Made by a program: the position numbers and the translations under genes. From Vicinamibacterales bacterium (GTDB lineage Bacteria; Acidobacteriota; Vicinamibacteria; Vicinamibacterales; 2-12-FULL-66-21): a DNA stretch of 64,000 nucleotides. The notes under the pieces were generated by a model that did no database searches, was not told the origin of the DNA, and was given only the letters and a program-made list of their open reading frames with translations. The stretch's first letter is position 1. Every line of letters starts with the position of its first letter. The stretch spans positions 6,670 through 70,669 of the forward strand of contig DATHTE010000003.1 of assembly GCA_035463475.1 (NCBI GenBank), read 5' to 3'. Positions 9,659 through 18,703 of the stretch are shown piece after piece.

Positions 9659-9871
9659 ATGACCATGCGCGATGACGGAACGCCGAACGATCCGCGCGCC
9701 ATTCCGGGTGGCACCATGCCCTCGCGCACGCCAGGCGCGACCGGGCCGTCGACCCGCGAAATCGGACGGGGCAACGAAACCGACGCGACCGACTGGCGTA
9801 TCCGTCAGATGGAGATCGTAGGGAGGGTCGAAGACGGGCTGTCAAAGGAAGAACGTAAAAGGGAAAAGTGA
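9659..9871 (+). CDS. Small hypothetical protein (70 aa)
   Basis: Strong SD AGGAGGAG directly upstream; no family recognised. Confidence 0.55.
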   Translation: MTMRDDGTPNDPRAIPGGTMPSRTPGATGPSTREIGRGNETDATDWRIRQMEIVGRVEDGLSKEERKREK

Positions 9872-9933
9872 AAAGTGAGAAGGCACGAAGGAGAATTCGT
9901 GCCTGTTTCGATTTTCGTTTTGCGTTTTTCGAT
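9863..9933. repeat. Hairpin flanked by heptamer tandem repeats between convergent genes
   Basis: GAAAAGT x2 (9863-9876), perfect 9-bp stem AGGCACGAA/TTCGTGCCT (9881-9904), then TTTCGAT-type heptamers x4 (9906-9933). Confidence 0.75.
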
Positions 9934-9935
9934 TC

Positions 9936-11123
9936 TTATGGCGCTGGCCGGATTCGCAGGATCCGATCGTCTTCCGATCCCGGGTTCCCGCGGCCGTCGC
10001 GGTTGCTGGTCGTGAAGTAGAGGAAGCCGTCGGGTCCGAACACCACCTCGCGCAGCCGACCATAGCGCCCTTCCAGCAGCCGCTCCTCGCCTACCACCGT
10101 CGTGCCTCCCGCGTCGAACCGCACGCGGTGAAGGTGCGCGCCGCGCAGCGTCGCGAAGAACAGGTTGTTGGCGAACGCGGGAATGCGCGTGCCGCGATAG
10201 AACGCCATCCCCGACGGCGCGATCGACGGGTCGTAGAAGAGGACCGGCGGCTCCATGCCCGGTCGCGTCTGTGAGCCGACGATCTCGGGCCAGCCGTAGT
10301 TCGCGCCGGCGCGAATGCGGTTCACTTCGTCGAGGCCGGTCGGCCCGTGCTCCGTTTCCCACAGCTCGCCCGTGACCGGACTGAAATCGATCCCCTGCGG
10401 GTTCCGATGGCCATACGACAGCACGGGGGATGAGAACGGGTTCGCGCGCGGCGTCGTCCCGTCGTCGTTGAAGCGGAGGATCTTCCCGGCGAAGGAGCCG
10501 AGTTGCTGCGAGAGCGACGTCACTGCGGCGTCCCCCATGGTCATGTAGAGGAGACCGTCCGGTCCGAACTTGAGGCGCGAGCCGTCATGGATGGCCGCCC
10601 CGGGCACGTCGTCCAGCAACACGGCGCGCTCAGCGAGCACGCTGTTCACCTCGCGATAGCGGACCAGCCGGTTCGCCGGTTGTCCGCCGGCGTTCGCGGT
10701 GTAGACGAGGTACACGAACCGGTTTGACGCGAAACCCGGGTGGAGCGCGATGCCAAGGAGGCCCGCTTCGCCGGTCGCATACACATCCGTCAGGGTCAGC
10801 GCGGCGGCGGGCAGCACCTGGCCGTTCTGGATGATGCGGACGCGGCCGGGACGCTCCGTCACGAAGATGCGACCGTCCGGCGCGAACGCCATCGCCCAGG
10901 GCACCGTCAGGTTTCGGGCGAACGTCTCGACGAGAAAGCGGATCCCGTCGCCCGCCGTGAAGACGTCCCCTGTCGCGGGGGGTTCACCCGTCGGGTTGCC
11001 CGGCTGATCGGTTGGCGGAGTCGCGGGTCCGTCGGGCGCGCACGCGGCCTGTGGCTGCTGAATCGCCAGGATCAGCGCGAAGGGTGCCAGGTGCCTGAGC
11101 ATCGTGCAGGCGAGCCCATGCAT
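9936..11123 (-). CDS. PQQ-dependent sugar dehydrogenase (GSDH/YliI-like)
   Basis: PWAMAFAPDGRIFVTERPGR, GEAGLLGIALHP, IHDGSRLKFGPDG, GHRNPQG, EHGP..DEVN, GRLREV. Start at 11123 or 11102; the 5' extension in the ORF track is spurious. Confidence 0.9.
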   Translation of the reverse strand: MHGLACTMLRHLAPFALILAIQQPQAACAPDGPATPPTDQPGNPTGEPPATGDVFTAGDGIRFLVETFARNLTVPWAMAFAPDGRIFVTERPGRVRIIQNGQVLPAAALTLTDVYATGEAGLLGIALHPGFASNRFVYLVYTANAGGQPANRLVRYREVNSVLAERAVLLDDVPGAAIHDGSRLKFGPDGLLYMTMGDAAVTSLSQQLGSFAGKILRFNDDGTTPRANPFSSPVLSYGHRNPQGIDFSPVTGELWETEHGPTGLDEVNRIRAGANYGWPEIVGSQTRPGMEPPVLFYDPSIAPSGMAFYRGTRIPAFANNLFFATLRGAHLHRVRFDAGGTTVVGEERLLEGRYGRLREVVFGPDGFLYFTTSNRDGRGNPGSEDDRILRIRPAP

Positions 11124-11255
11124 TTGTCCTGCCTTCAGCCGGCCCCTATAAAACGGGCCTGCCCATGAAACCGATCGGCGCCCTCGGTCGTCATAACGAA
11201 TGAGCCGCGCCTGTTGGCAAGTATGTCTACGAGTATGGCAGAGAAGGAAAGGCAG

Positions 11256-11423
11256 ATGCCCGCCCGTCCGAGACTCGAGTACGACGTCTGTTCGCGCTGC
11301 AACACGCTGTTCGACGACCAGGGGGAAGGCGGCTGGTGGTTCGAGGCCGGACAGTGGTGGCATGAGTGCGCCCCCGAACGCCCCGCGAAAGTCGTCGTCC
11401 GTCGGCTCCCGCGCGTCGCCTGA
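11256..11423 (+). CDS. Small putative zinc-binding protein (55 aa; CxxC...HxC, Trp-rich)
   Basis: AGAAGGAAAGG purine tract before the ATG at 11256; sequence contains CSRC and WWHEC. Confidence 0.55.
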   Translation: MPARPRLEYDVCSRCNTLFDDQGEGGWWFEAGQWWHECAPERPAKVVVRRLPRVA

Positions 11424-11447
11424 CTGGAGTACTCGCGAGAAAAGAAC

Positions 11448-11495
11448 GGGGACAGTCATCGTGCGTTCCGCAGCGGGATTTCGGTGACTGTCTCC
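11448..11495. repeat. REP-like inverted repeat GGGGACAGTCATCG / CGGTGACTGTCTCC
   Basis: 14-bp arms with 2 differences around a 20-nt spacer; same GGGGACAGTC core as the 18273 palindrome. Confidence 0.7.
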
Positions 11496-11520
11496 GATTT
11501 CGTCCTGCATAATCCCGCTG

Positions 11521-12336
11521 ATGGCCCGGGGAATCCTCCCGGTCTGCCTCCTGCTTACGACCGCAGCCTGTCTCGGCACTGGCACGCGCGTCGTGTCCTT
11601 GCCGGATCCCTCGGTCCGTCCCGTCGCCAACATCCGCACAATTTCCGACTATCCCGTGGCCGCCGCATCCATCGTCGAGGTCCTCGAGCGTGATTTCGGG
11701 TTTCGGCGCTTTCCGGTGGCGTTCTACTTCTGCCCCGATCGGCAGGCTTTCGAGGAGATGCTGCTCGACTCCGGCTACGACGCAGCATTCGCCCGCCAGA
11801 CGGCGCGGACAATGGACGCCGTCGGCGGCTATCGGCGGGTACTGCTTAACGAGAGCGCCCTCGAGCGACAGGACTGGCCTGGTCGCGTCGCCTCCCTCGC
11901 CCACGAAGTGGGTCATAGCTTGCAGTACGAGTGGGGCGGGGGCCAGCGCCGCACGTCGGACCAGTGGCTGCGTGAGGGGTTTGCGGAGTGGCTCGCCATG
12001 CGCGTGATGGACCGGCTCGGCGGCGTGACCTACGGTCAGGTCCGCCGCCAGTACGCGGACGCGCTCCGGCGCACACGCCGCGCGCGCTCGCCCCGTCTCG
12101 ACGAGATGGTCACTTTTCGCGAGTGGGTGGAGCTCGCCAGCCGCCAGGACATCGCGCCCTACGCACAGGCGTTCCTGTCCGTGGACTTCCTCATCGAACG
12201 TCACGGCCTGCCCGCGGTGGTGGACTATTTCGAGCGCTTCGCGCGCGACCAGGATCGCGAGTCAAACTTCCGCGCGGCGTTCGGAGAGAACCTCGCCGCG
12301 TTCGAGTCGGCAGTGACGGACGCGCTGTGGCGCTAG
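11521..12336 (+). CDS. Gluzincin-type metallopeptidase (peptidase MA-like), probable lipoprotein
   Basis: HEVGH plus downstream WLREGFAE zinc motif; lipobox TAAC after a hydrophobic stretch. CATAAT 7 nt upstream of the ATG (leaderless geometry). Confidence 0.75.
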   Translation: MARGILPVCLLLTTAACLGTGTRVVSLPDPSVRPVANIRTISDYPVAAASIVEVLERDFGFRRFPVAFYFCPDRQAFEEMLLDSGYDAAFARQTARTMDAVGGYRRVLLNESALERQDWPGRVASLAHEVGHSLQYEWGGGQRRTSDQWLREGFAEWLAMRVMDRLGGVTYGQVRRQYADALRRTRRARSPRLDEMVTFREWVELASRQDIAPYAQAFLSVDFLIERHGLPAVVDYFERFARDQDRESNFRAAFGENLAAFESAVTDALWR

Positions 12337-12432
12337 CCCGGTTGGTGCCGGAACTCCGGCGCGTCAGCCGGGTTGGCGAGCCCGAACAGGGGAAAAAGCG
12401 CCCAAATACGTGCGAATGCCGACTCTTGCCGG

Positions 12433-12447
12433 CGGCACCGGCGTTGC
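12433..12447 (+). promoter_or_regulatory. Candidate sigma54 promoter CGGCAC-N5-TTGC
   Basis: GG-N10-GC spacing with GGCAC and TTGC, about 60 nt upstream of the small Cys-rich ORF. Confidence 0.45.
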
Positions 12448-12505
12448 GATCCGTAGGGTGACTCCTCGGTCCAGTCAGCGAGGGGGCGTTGCCAGGAGGG
12501 CCATC

Positions 12506-12709
12506 ATGCGGATCGAGCGCCATGACATCCAACACTGCCGCTGGGCGGAACAGACGCTGCTCCTGGCCGAGCCGTACTGGCTGAACGCGTGGGACTTCCC
12601 GTGGAGCTGCCGGCGCGACGGCGAGCCGCGGTCCGTAGAGGACACGCGCGTCTGCCGGACCTGCGTGCGCTGGGAATCGCGTCAAGAAGATCACAAAGAG
12701 ACGCGGTAG
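12506..12709 (+). CDS. Small Cys/Trp-rich protein (67 aa)
   Basis: AGGAGGG SD before the ATG at 12506; four Cys including a C-terminal CRTC, four Trp. Confidence 0.65.
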   Translation: MRIERHDIQHCRWAEQTLLLAEPYWLNAWDFPWSCRRDGEPRSVEDTRVCRTCVRWESRQEDHKETR

Positions 12710-12730
12710 GCGCCATCGTTGCCAAAAGGG

Positions 12731-12862
12731 CACGAAGGCCCACAAACGATCTGAACCGCGAAGCCACCAACGCCACTAAGAAAAAAGATCACAAGGGAAA
12801 TCGCTTTTAGGGAAATCCCCTTAGTGGCCTCTTTCTCTGTGACCTTCGTGGCCGTCGTGGTT
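12731..12862. repeat. Imperfect inverted repeat built of CACGAAGG/CCACTAAG-type units
   Basis: GCCACTAAG (12772-12780) is the exact reverse complement of 12820-12828; CACGAAGG (12731) pairs with CCTTCGTG (12843); A-rich core. Confidence 0.65.
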
Positions 12863-12895
12863 TGCACGATAAGGTCTTTAATCCCCGACGGCACT

Positions 12896-13214
12896 TGTAT
12901 TGACGCGGGCGCGAGGCGAGACCGGCGAGTCGATGGCCGCGGTGAGCGCCTGTGGAGCGCCGCTAGCGCAAGGCGAAGCCGGACCGCGCTGCGCTGGCGC
13001 CAGAGTCCGGCTTGGGGTCTCGGCAGCCTTCGCCAAGGCTTCGGCGGCGGGCCGTAGCTTCAGCGGAGGCCCGGGGACCCAAGCCTGACAAGCGAGGGGC
13101 CGGAGGGAACCGCCGCGCAGCGGCGGCCGGGAGCGCTGAGCCAAGCGAGCGGCCCCGGCGCGCGAACAGCGGCTATCGGCTCGCCGGAATTTCCAGCGTA
13201 CCTGCGTCAACACA
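12896..13214. mobile_element. Nested palindromic MITE/REPIN-like element (about 320 bp), non-autonomous
   Basis: Three concentric inverted-repeat pairs: 12896-12909/13201-13214 (12/14), 12922-12943/13166-13187 (19/22), 13010-13023/13071-13084, with a central GCCTTCGCCAAGGC hairpin. No transposase. Confidence 0.6.
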
Positions 13215-13249
13215 GCGCGCTTCGGGGCGTTTTGGGTCTAATGTCCCGT

Positions 13250-14875
13250 CTAGGTCTTGGCGCCGGCGACGCGGCGGGCCTCCTTCAGCTCCGCGCGCCC
13301 GGGCGTGTCCCCCTTCTTGCAGATCGAGACCAGCTCCTCGTAGTACTGCTTCGCCTTCGCCTGGTCGCCCGTCAGAGCCGCCGCGCGCGCGGCGCCGTAG
13401 GTGGCGCGGAACCGGTGCGGCTCCTTCTTGGTCACACTCTCGAACTCGGCGAGCGCTTCCGCCGGGCGTTTCAGCTCCAGCAGCATCTCCCCGAGAAGTT
13501 CGCGCGCGGGCGCGAGCGGTCCGGGTGAGATCGCCGATTTGTCCGTCGAGTCCTCGAGGACCACGGCTTCGCGTTGCAGCCGAAGGGCGTCATCCGCGCG
13601 TCCTTCGGCGAGCGCGGTCCAGGCCTGCGCGGACCTCTGCTGAATCTCGACCTGCTGCCCCCAGTAGTCGTCCTTTTTCTCCACGAGCGCCGCGTGCAGC
13701 TCGGCGAGCTTGCGCGTTTCGGCGGCCGCCGCGGACGCGTCTCCTTTGCGTGACGCACCGATCGCCCGCGCGTAGTGCGTCATTGCGTCGACGAAGGGGA
13801 ACGCGCTCGGTCTCGGCTGGAGCGCCGCCGCCTCGCTCCACGCGCCGCGCTCGAGCGCGAAGCGCGCCGGTATCGCGGCGAGCGCGAACAGCCCGACCTG
13901 CCCGTACTGCTCGGCCATGTTCACCTGCGCCGCGATCTCCTGCAGCTCGCCCAGCACGCGGCGTGCGGAGGCGTCCTGCGCCGTCTGCAGGTAGGCGTAC
14001 ACCTGGTAGTCGAGCGCGTGCAGCACCTCGGCGGCCGACTTCGCCTTGCGCGCCGCCTCCGCCGACGCACGATTTGTCGCGATCGAGTCCTCCCAGTGCC
14101 CCACGCGCGTGAACGTGTGCGACGGCATGTGGAGCGCGTGCGGTGCGTCCGGCGCAATCTGCGCGTAGCGGCGGGCGGCGGGGAGCGCGCGCTCGGCGAG
14201 CGGCGGATGGTCGTACGCGTGAATCAGGTAGTGCGCAACGCCGGGATGATCCGGCTGCTCCGTGAACAGCCCTTCGAGGATCGCCGCGGCCTTGAGCTGC
14301 TGGCTGTACGTCTTGTCGCTCGGCAGCGCCGTCTGGTTCATGGCGAGCGCGTAAAAGGCCGCTGCCTCGCGATCCTGCGGGTTCGCGTCGTAGAGGCTCT
14401 TCATCGCGCGCTCGTAGTTGACGATGCGCGTCCGCTGGTCGGTGGCCTCGAAGTTCTTGTACAACTCGCCGACCGCTGCGATGTACGCGCGTTCGCGCGG
14501 CGTCTTCGCGTCCATCGCCGCGGCCTTCTGCGCCGCCGTACGGCCCTCGTTCAGGGCCGCGACCGGCCGGGCGCCGCCGAACGGGTTGCCCCACCGGCTC
14601 ATCGCAACCCCCCACCAGGCCATGGCGCATCCGGGGTCCTTTTCGCCGACGCGCGCGAACGCCTCCGTGGCGGCCGCGAACCAGAACGAGTGCAGCAGTG
14701 CCACGGCGCGGTCGAATTCCGCGCGAATGGCGGGGGCGCATGACGTTTCGAAATGTACCCGACCCAACCTCTCCGGGGGCTGGCCGGTTTCGTGCTGGTG
14801 CTGGATGGCTGGTGGGGTCTGGACGCTGGCGGACACGGACGTTAGCACGAGCGCAAACGAAATCTGAGCGAGCAT
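13250..14875 (-). CDS. Secreted tetratricopeptide-repeat-like protein with conserved His motifs
   Basis: Signal peptide, FETSC, VALLHSFW, HPGVAHYLIHAYD and HALHMPSH, helical repeats; AGGAGG SD. Confidence 0.8.
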   Translation of the reverse strand: MLAQISFALVLTSVSASVQTPPAIQHQHETGQPPERLGRVHFETSCAPAIRAEFDRAVALLHSFWFAAATEAFARVGEKDPGCAMAWWGVAMSRWGNPFGGARPVAALNEGRTAAQKAAAMDAKTPRERAYIAAVGELYKNFEATDQRTRIVNYERAMKSLYDANPQDREAAAFYALAMNQTALPSDKTYSQQLKAAAILEGLFTEQPDHPGVAHYLIHAYDHPPLAERALPAARRYAQIAPDAPHALHMPSHTFTRVGHWEDSIATNRASAEAARKAKSAAEVLHALDYQVYAYLQTAQDASARRVLGELQEIAAQVNMAEQYGQVGLFALAAIPARFALERGAWSEAAALQPRPSAFPFVDAMTHYARAIGASRKGDASAAAAETRKLAELHAALVEKKDDYWGQQVEIQQRSAQAWTALAEGRADDALRLQREAVVLEDSTDKSAISPGPLAPARELLGEMLLELKRPAEALAEFESVTKKEPHRFRATYGAARAAALTGDQAKAKQYYEELVSICKKGDTPGRAELKEARRVAGAKT

Positions 14876-14914
14876 GGCACCTCCTGCGCGGCTCAGGACT
14901 GGTTCGAGCCGCGG

Positions 14915-14957
14915 ATTCTAGCACCGGTTGGGCCTTGGAGGCATACCCCACTAGAAT
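14915..14957. promoter_or_regulatory. Divergent -10 boxes TAGAAT (minus 14915-14920, extended TGc; plus 14952-14957)
   Basis: The plus-strand TAGAAT is 8 nt before the VPS10 ATG with no SD (leaderless geometry). Confidence 0.5.
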
Positions 14958-14965
14958 CTCCCCCC

Positions 14966-17900
14966 ATGAGAACCGCCCCCCTCGCCCTTGCGTTGCTCAT
15001 CGCGGCCGCTGGCCCGTCCAGTCGCGCCATGCTTGTCGCTCAATCGAGGACCGCCACCGCCCCGCAGCAGGCCGCCACGTCCGCTCCGGAGGTCGACGCC
15101 ATCAAGCTGCTGAAGTGGCGGCCGATCGGTCCGGCGAACAACGCCGGGCGCGTCTCCGAGATCGTCGGCATCCCGGGCGATCCGTCCACCTTCTACGTCG
15201 GCGCCGCTGCCGGCGGCCTGTTCAAGACCACCAACGGCGGCGTGACCTTCACGCCGATCTTCGACGACCAGCCGAACGTCTCGATCGGCGCGCTCGCCAT
15301 CGCGCCGTCCGACCAGAACATCCTGTACGTCGGCACCGGCGAGGGAAATCCGCGGAACAGCGCCTCGTTCGGTGAGGGCATGTTCAAGTCGGTTGACGCG
15401 GGGCGGCACTGGAAGCAGATCGGCCTCGCGGATACCGGCAAGATCGCCCGCGTTGTCATCGACCCGCGCAACCCGGACATCGTCTACGTGGCGGCTCTCG
15501 GGCACACCTGGGGACCGAGCGAGGAGCGCGGGCTCTTCAAGACGACCGATGGCGGCAAGAGCTGGAACAAGATCCTCTATAAGAACGACCTCACCGGCTG
15601 CTCGGACGTCGCCATCGACCCAACGAACTCCAACATCGTCTATGCGGGGATGTACACGCACCGGCGCTGGCCGTGGTACTTCGAGAGCGGCGCCGGGGAG
15701 ACGGCGCTCTACAAGTCGGTTGACGGCGGCGCCACCTGGACGCGGCTGTCCGGGCCGGGCAACACGCACGGGCTGCCGAAAGGCCCGATGGACCGCATCG
15801 GCGTGGCCGTCGCGCGCAGCAATCCGGACGTCGTCTATGCGATCAGCGAGACGAAAGAGGAAGGGGAGCTCTGGCGGTCCGACGACGCCGGCGCCACGTG
15901 GCGAACGGTCAACCGCGATCCGAACATCAACTTCCGGCCGTTCTACTACAGCGACATCCGCGTCGATCCGAACGATCCGGACATCGTCTATTCACTCTCC
16001 GGTCCGCTGCTGAAGTCGGAGGACGGGGGCCGGACGTTCCAGCGCATCGCGAACAGCGTGCACGGCGATCACCAGGCGCTGTGGATCGACCCGACGAACA
16101 GCCGGCGGATCCTGAACGGCAGCGACGGCGGCTTCCACGTGTCGTACGACGCCGGGCGCACGTGGGACCTCCTCAACAACGTCGCGATGACGCAGTTCTA
16201 CCACATCAACTTCGACATGCAGACGCCGTATCGGATCTGCGGCGGCCTGCAGGACAACGGCACGTGGTGCGGCCCGAGCCAGAGTCTCAACGGCGAGGGC
16301 ATGCGCAAGCTGGATTGGTACACCGTGGGCGGCGGCGACGGGTTCTGGGCCGTGCCGGACACGGCGCGCCCGTGGCTCGTCTACAACAACCTGCAGGGAG
16401 GCGTCATCAGCCTCACGGATACGCGGACCGGCGAGTCGCGGCCGATCAACCCGTATCCGGCTGGCATCGGCTCGAGCGGACAGTGGATGGCGCCGCAGCG
16501 GTACCGCTTCAACTGGAACGCACCGATCGCTCTCTCGCCGCAGGATCCGCAGACGGTCTACTACGGCGGGAACGTGCTCTTCAAGACGACGGACTTCGGC
16601 GAGTCGTGGGAGGTCATCAGCCCCGATCTGACGACCAATGACAAGGAGAAGCAGAAGTCGTCGGGCGGCACGATCGTGACCGACAACACCGCAGCGGAGT
16701 TCCACTGCACGATCATCTCCATCGCCCCCTCGCCGCTCGATCCGAACATCATCTGGGTGGGGACCGACGACGGCAACGTGCAGGTCACGCGCGACGGGGG
16801 CAAGACGTGGAGCAGCGTCGCCGGCAACATCAAGGGGCTGACGCCCAACGCGTGGATCGCCACGGTGGAGGCCTCCCATCACAACGCCGGCACCGCGTAC
16901 GTGGCCGCGAGCCATTTCCAGACGAACGCCGATTACGCTCCCTACTTCTTCAAGACGAGCGACTTCGGAAAGACATGGACGAAGATCACGGGCGGCATGC
17001 GCGCCCGCGGCTGGAGCCACGTGATCCGCGACGACCCGAAGAACCCGAACGTGCTGTACGCGGGCACCGAAAACGACGTCTACGCGTCGTGGGACGGCGG
17101 CAACCGCTGGGCGTCGATCCGGAACGGCATGCCGGCGGCGCCGGTGCGCGACCTGCTCGTCCATCCCCGCGAGCACGACGTGATCGTCGCGACACACGGC
17201 CGCGGCATCTACATCCTGGACGACGCGCGGCCACTGGCGGATCTGAGCGAGGCGCTCAAGACCGAGGCGCACCTGTTCGAGATCCGCCCCGCCACACGAT
17301 TCGTGCTGTTCAACCGGGACGGCAACCTCGGCGATCGCGAATGGATCCTCGACAGTCCCGAGCCCGGCGCGTACATCAACCTGTTCGTGACGCAGCCGTC
17401 GGATGCGGTGACGGTCACGATCGCGGATCGTGCGGGCAAGGTGGTGCGCACGCTGCGCAACGTCAAGGTCGCGGCGGGCGTGAACCGGATCTCGTGGGAC
17501 CTCCGGCACGATAACCCGGTGCCGCCGCCGCGGCCCCGGGCGGGGCAGCAGCCGCCGGGACCTCCGGGGGGCGTGCCGCCCGCCATCGCGCGCCGTTTCG
17601 GCTTCGGCGCCGCGGGACCGTTCGTACTGCCGGGTGAGTACACGGTGAAGGTAAAGGTCGCGGGTCGCGAGCTGACGCAGGCGGTGAAGGTCGCACTCGA
17701 TCCGCGCGTCGAGGCGAGGGAGACCGAGCTGACCGAGCAGCTCGAGACCGCGTTCACCGCCCTGCGGCTCGTCGCGCGCGTGAACCAGATCGTGGATCGC
17801 ACGGACGACCTGCTCGAGCAGCTCCGGTCGCTGCACGACCAGCTCCGTCGCGAGACGCCCCGGCCGATGACCACGAGCACGCAGGAGGAGAACAGCAACG

Positions 17901-18259
17901 GCGGCGCGCCGCTGCAGGCGTCCGCGCAGCCGCAGGCCGCCGGCGGAGGGCTCACCGCCGACGTGCAGGCGGCGATCGACGCGCTGAGAAAGTTCCGCGA
18001 CGAGGAGCTCGCGCGGCCACTGCCCGGCCTGGGCTACCGCCAGTATCCGCGGCTGCGCGAGGACGCGCAGGGCCTCGCGGGCTCGATCCAGCGCGGGCTC
18101 CGGGCGCCGAACGCCGGCGAAAAGCTGCGACTGAAAGAGCTGACGGAGCTGACCGACCAGGCCGCCTCGAAATTGAACGGCATGATCGGCGGCGAAATCG
18201 CGCGGATCAACGAGGCGATGCGCAGCCGGCCTCGGATTTCGACGGAACCCGTGAAGTAA
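14966..18259 (+). CDS. Secreted VPS10/BNR (WD40/YVTN-like) repeat protein, annotated glycosyl-hydrolase-like
   Basis: WRPIGPANNAGR, many S/TxDxGxTW Asp-box repeats, GGLQDNG, ATHGRG, C-terminal coiled coil. Confidence 0.9.
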   Translation: MRTAPLALALLIAAAGPSSRAMLVAQSRTATAPQQAATSAPEVDAIKLLKWRPIGPANNAGRVSEIVGIPGDPSTFYVGAAAGGLFKTTNGGVTFTPIFDDQPNVSIGALAIAPSDQNILYVGTGEGNPRNSASFGEGMFKSVDAGRHWKQIGLADTGKIARVVIDPRNPDIVYVAALGHTWGPSEERGLFKTTDGGKSWNKILYKNDLTGCSDVAIDPTNSNIVYAGMYTHRRWPWYFESGAGETALYKSVDGGATWTRLSGPGNTHGLPKGPMDRIGVAVARSNPDVVYAISETKEEGELWRSDDAGATWRTVNRDPNINFRPFYYSDIRVDPNDPDIVYSLSGPLLKSEDGGRTFQRIANSVHGDHQALWIDPTNSRRILNGSDGGFHVSYDAGRTWDLLNNVAMTQFYHINFDMQTPYRICGGLQDNGTWCGPSQSLNGEGMRKLDWYTVGGGDGFWAVPDTARPWLVYNNLQGGVISLTDTRTGESRPINPYPAGIGSSGQWMAPQRYRFNWNAPIALSPQDPQTVYYGGNVLFKTTDFGESWEVISPDLTTNDKEKQKSSGGTIVTDNTAAEFHCTIISIAPSPLDPNIIWVGTDDGNVQVTRDGGKTWSSVAGNIKGLTPNAWIATVEASHHNAGTAYVAASHFQTNADYAPYFFKTSDFGKTWTKITGGMRARGWSHVIRDDPKNPNVLYAGTENDVYASWDGGNRWASIRNGMPAAPVRDLLVHPREHDVIVATHGRGIYILDDARPLADLSEALKTEAHLFEIRPATRFVLFNRDGNLGDREWILDSPEPGAYINLFVTQPSDAVTVTIADRAGKVVRTLRNVKVAAGVNRISWDLRHDNPVPPPRPRAGQQPPGPPGGVPPAIARRFGFGAAGPFVLPGEYTVKVKVAGRELTQAVKVALDPRVEARETELTEQLETAFTALRLVARVNQIVDRTDDLLEQLRSLHDQLRRETPRPMTTSTQEENSNGGAPLQASAQPQAAGGGLTADVQAAIDALRKFRDEELARPLPGLGYRQYPRLREDAQGLAGSIQRGLRAPNAGEKLRLKELTELTDQAASKLNGMIGGEIARINEAMRSRPRISTEPVK

Positions 18260-18272
18260 CCGCACGGGTCAA

Positions 18273-18297
18273 CAAAACGGGGACAGTCCCCGTTTTG
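18273..18297. repeat. Perfect REP-like palindrome CAAAACGGGGAC-A-GTCCCCGTTTTG
   Basis: 12-bp perfect arms immediately after the VPS10 stop. Confidence 0.8.
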
Positions 18298-18419
18298 CTG
18301 CTTGACCCGAGTGTCGAGTTCAATGCACGAGCCGGTTTTCGTGTGAAGATCCCAGACACTTTTTCGACACGGGGTTGTTCACCAGAACTAGGCAACCGCC
18401 TGGTTGGATTGAGTTTGCG

Positions 18420-18703
18420 CCGCGTGCTCGGCTGTGGTACGGCGTTCGCACAATCCGCGGGCAGCGGGGCGAGTTGGAGCCGCGTTCCCGAGCGGCGACC
18501 GAGTTCTGAAGGGAGTTCGTTCACAGCCGCCGGACGGACACCATCTCGCTCCTTCATGCCGCGTCTGCGCTCGAGGCTCGCACAGGTTCTTAGCCGCAGC
18601 CGAACCGTCCGGCTGACCGTGTAGAGCGCAGACCACCGCGTTTGCAGCCGCACGGTCGGCCACGATGGCAGGCCCCCCTAGAGGGCCTGCCATCACTCTT
18701 TTT
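18420..18703 (+). ncRNA. Candidate structured non-coding RNA or leader (family not recognised)
   Basis: Long-range helix 18428-18438/18593-18603, internal GAAGGGAG/CTCCTTC pairing, hairpin at about 18610-18660, then an intrinsic terminator. No convincing ORF. Confidence 0.35.
18664..18703 (+). terminator. Intrinsic terminator
   Basis: Perfect 12-bp stem GATGGCAGGCCC/GGGCCTGCCATC followed by ACTCTTTTT. Confidence 0.75.

Noticed and set aside
12691-13213. Small ORFs over the palindromic elements (12691..12894, 12878..13213, 12900..13088)
   Set aside because: These are translations of repeat DNA (AEALAKAA, TTTATKVT) without SD support.
18295-18696. ORFs 18295..18624, 18434..18616, 18388..18696 as proteins, or the region as 6S/SRP/tmRNA/SAM riboswitch
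   Set aside because: No SD or start support and no coding-like composition; the conserved cores of those RNAs were not found by eye.
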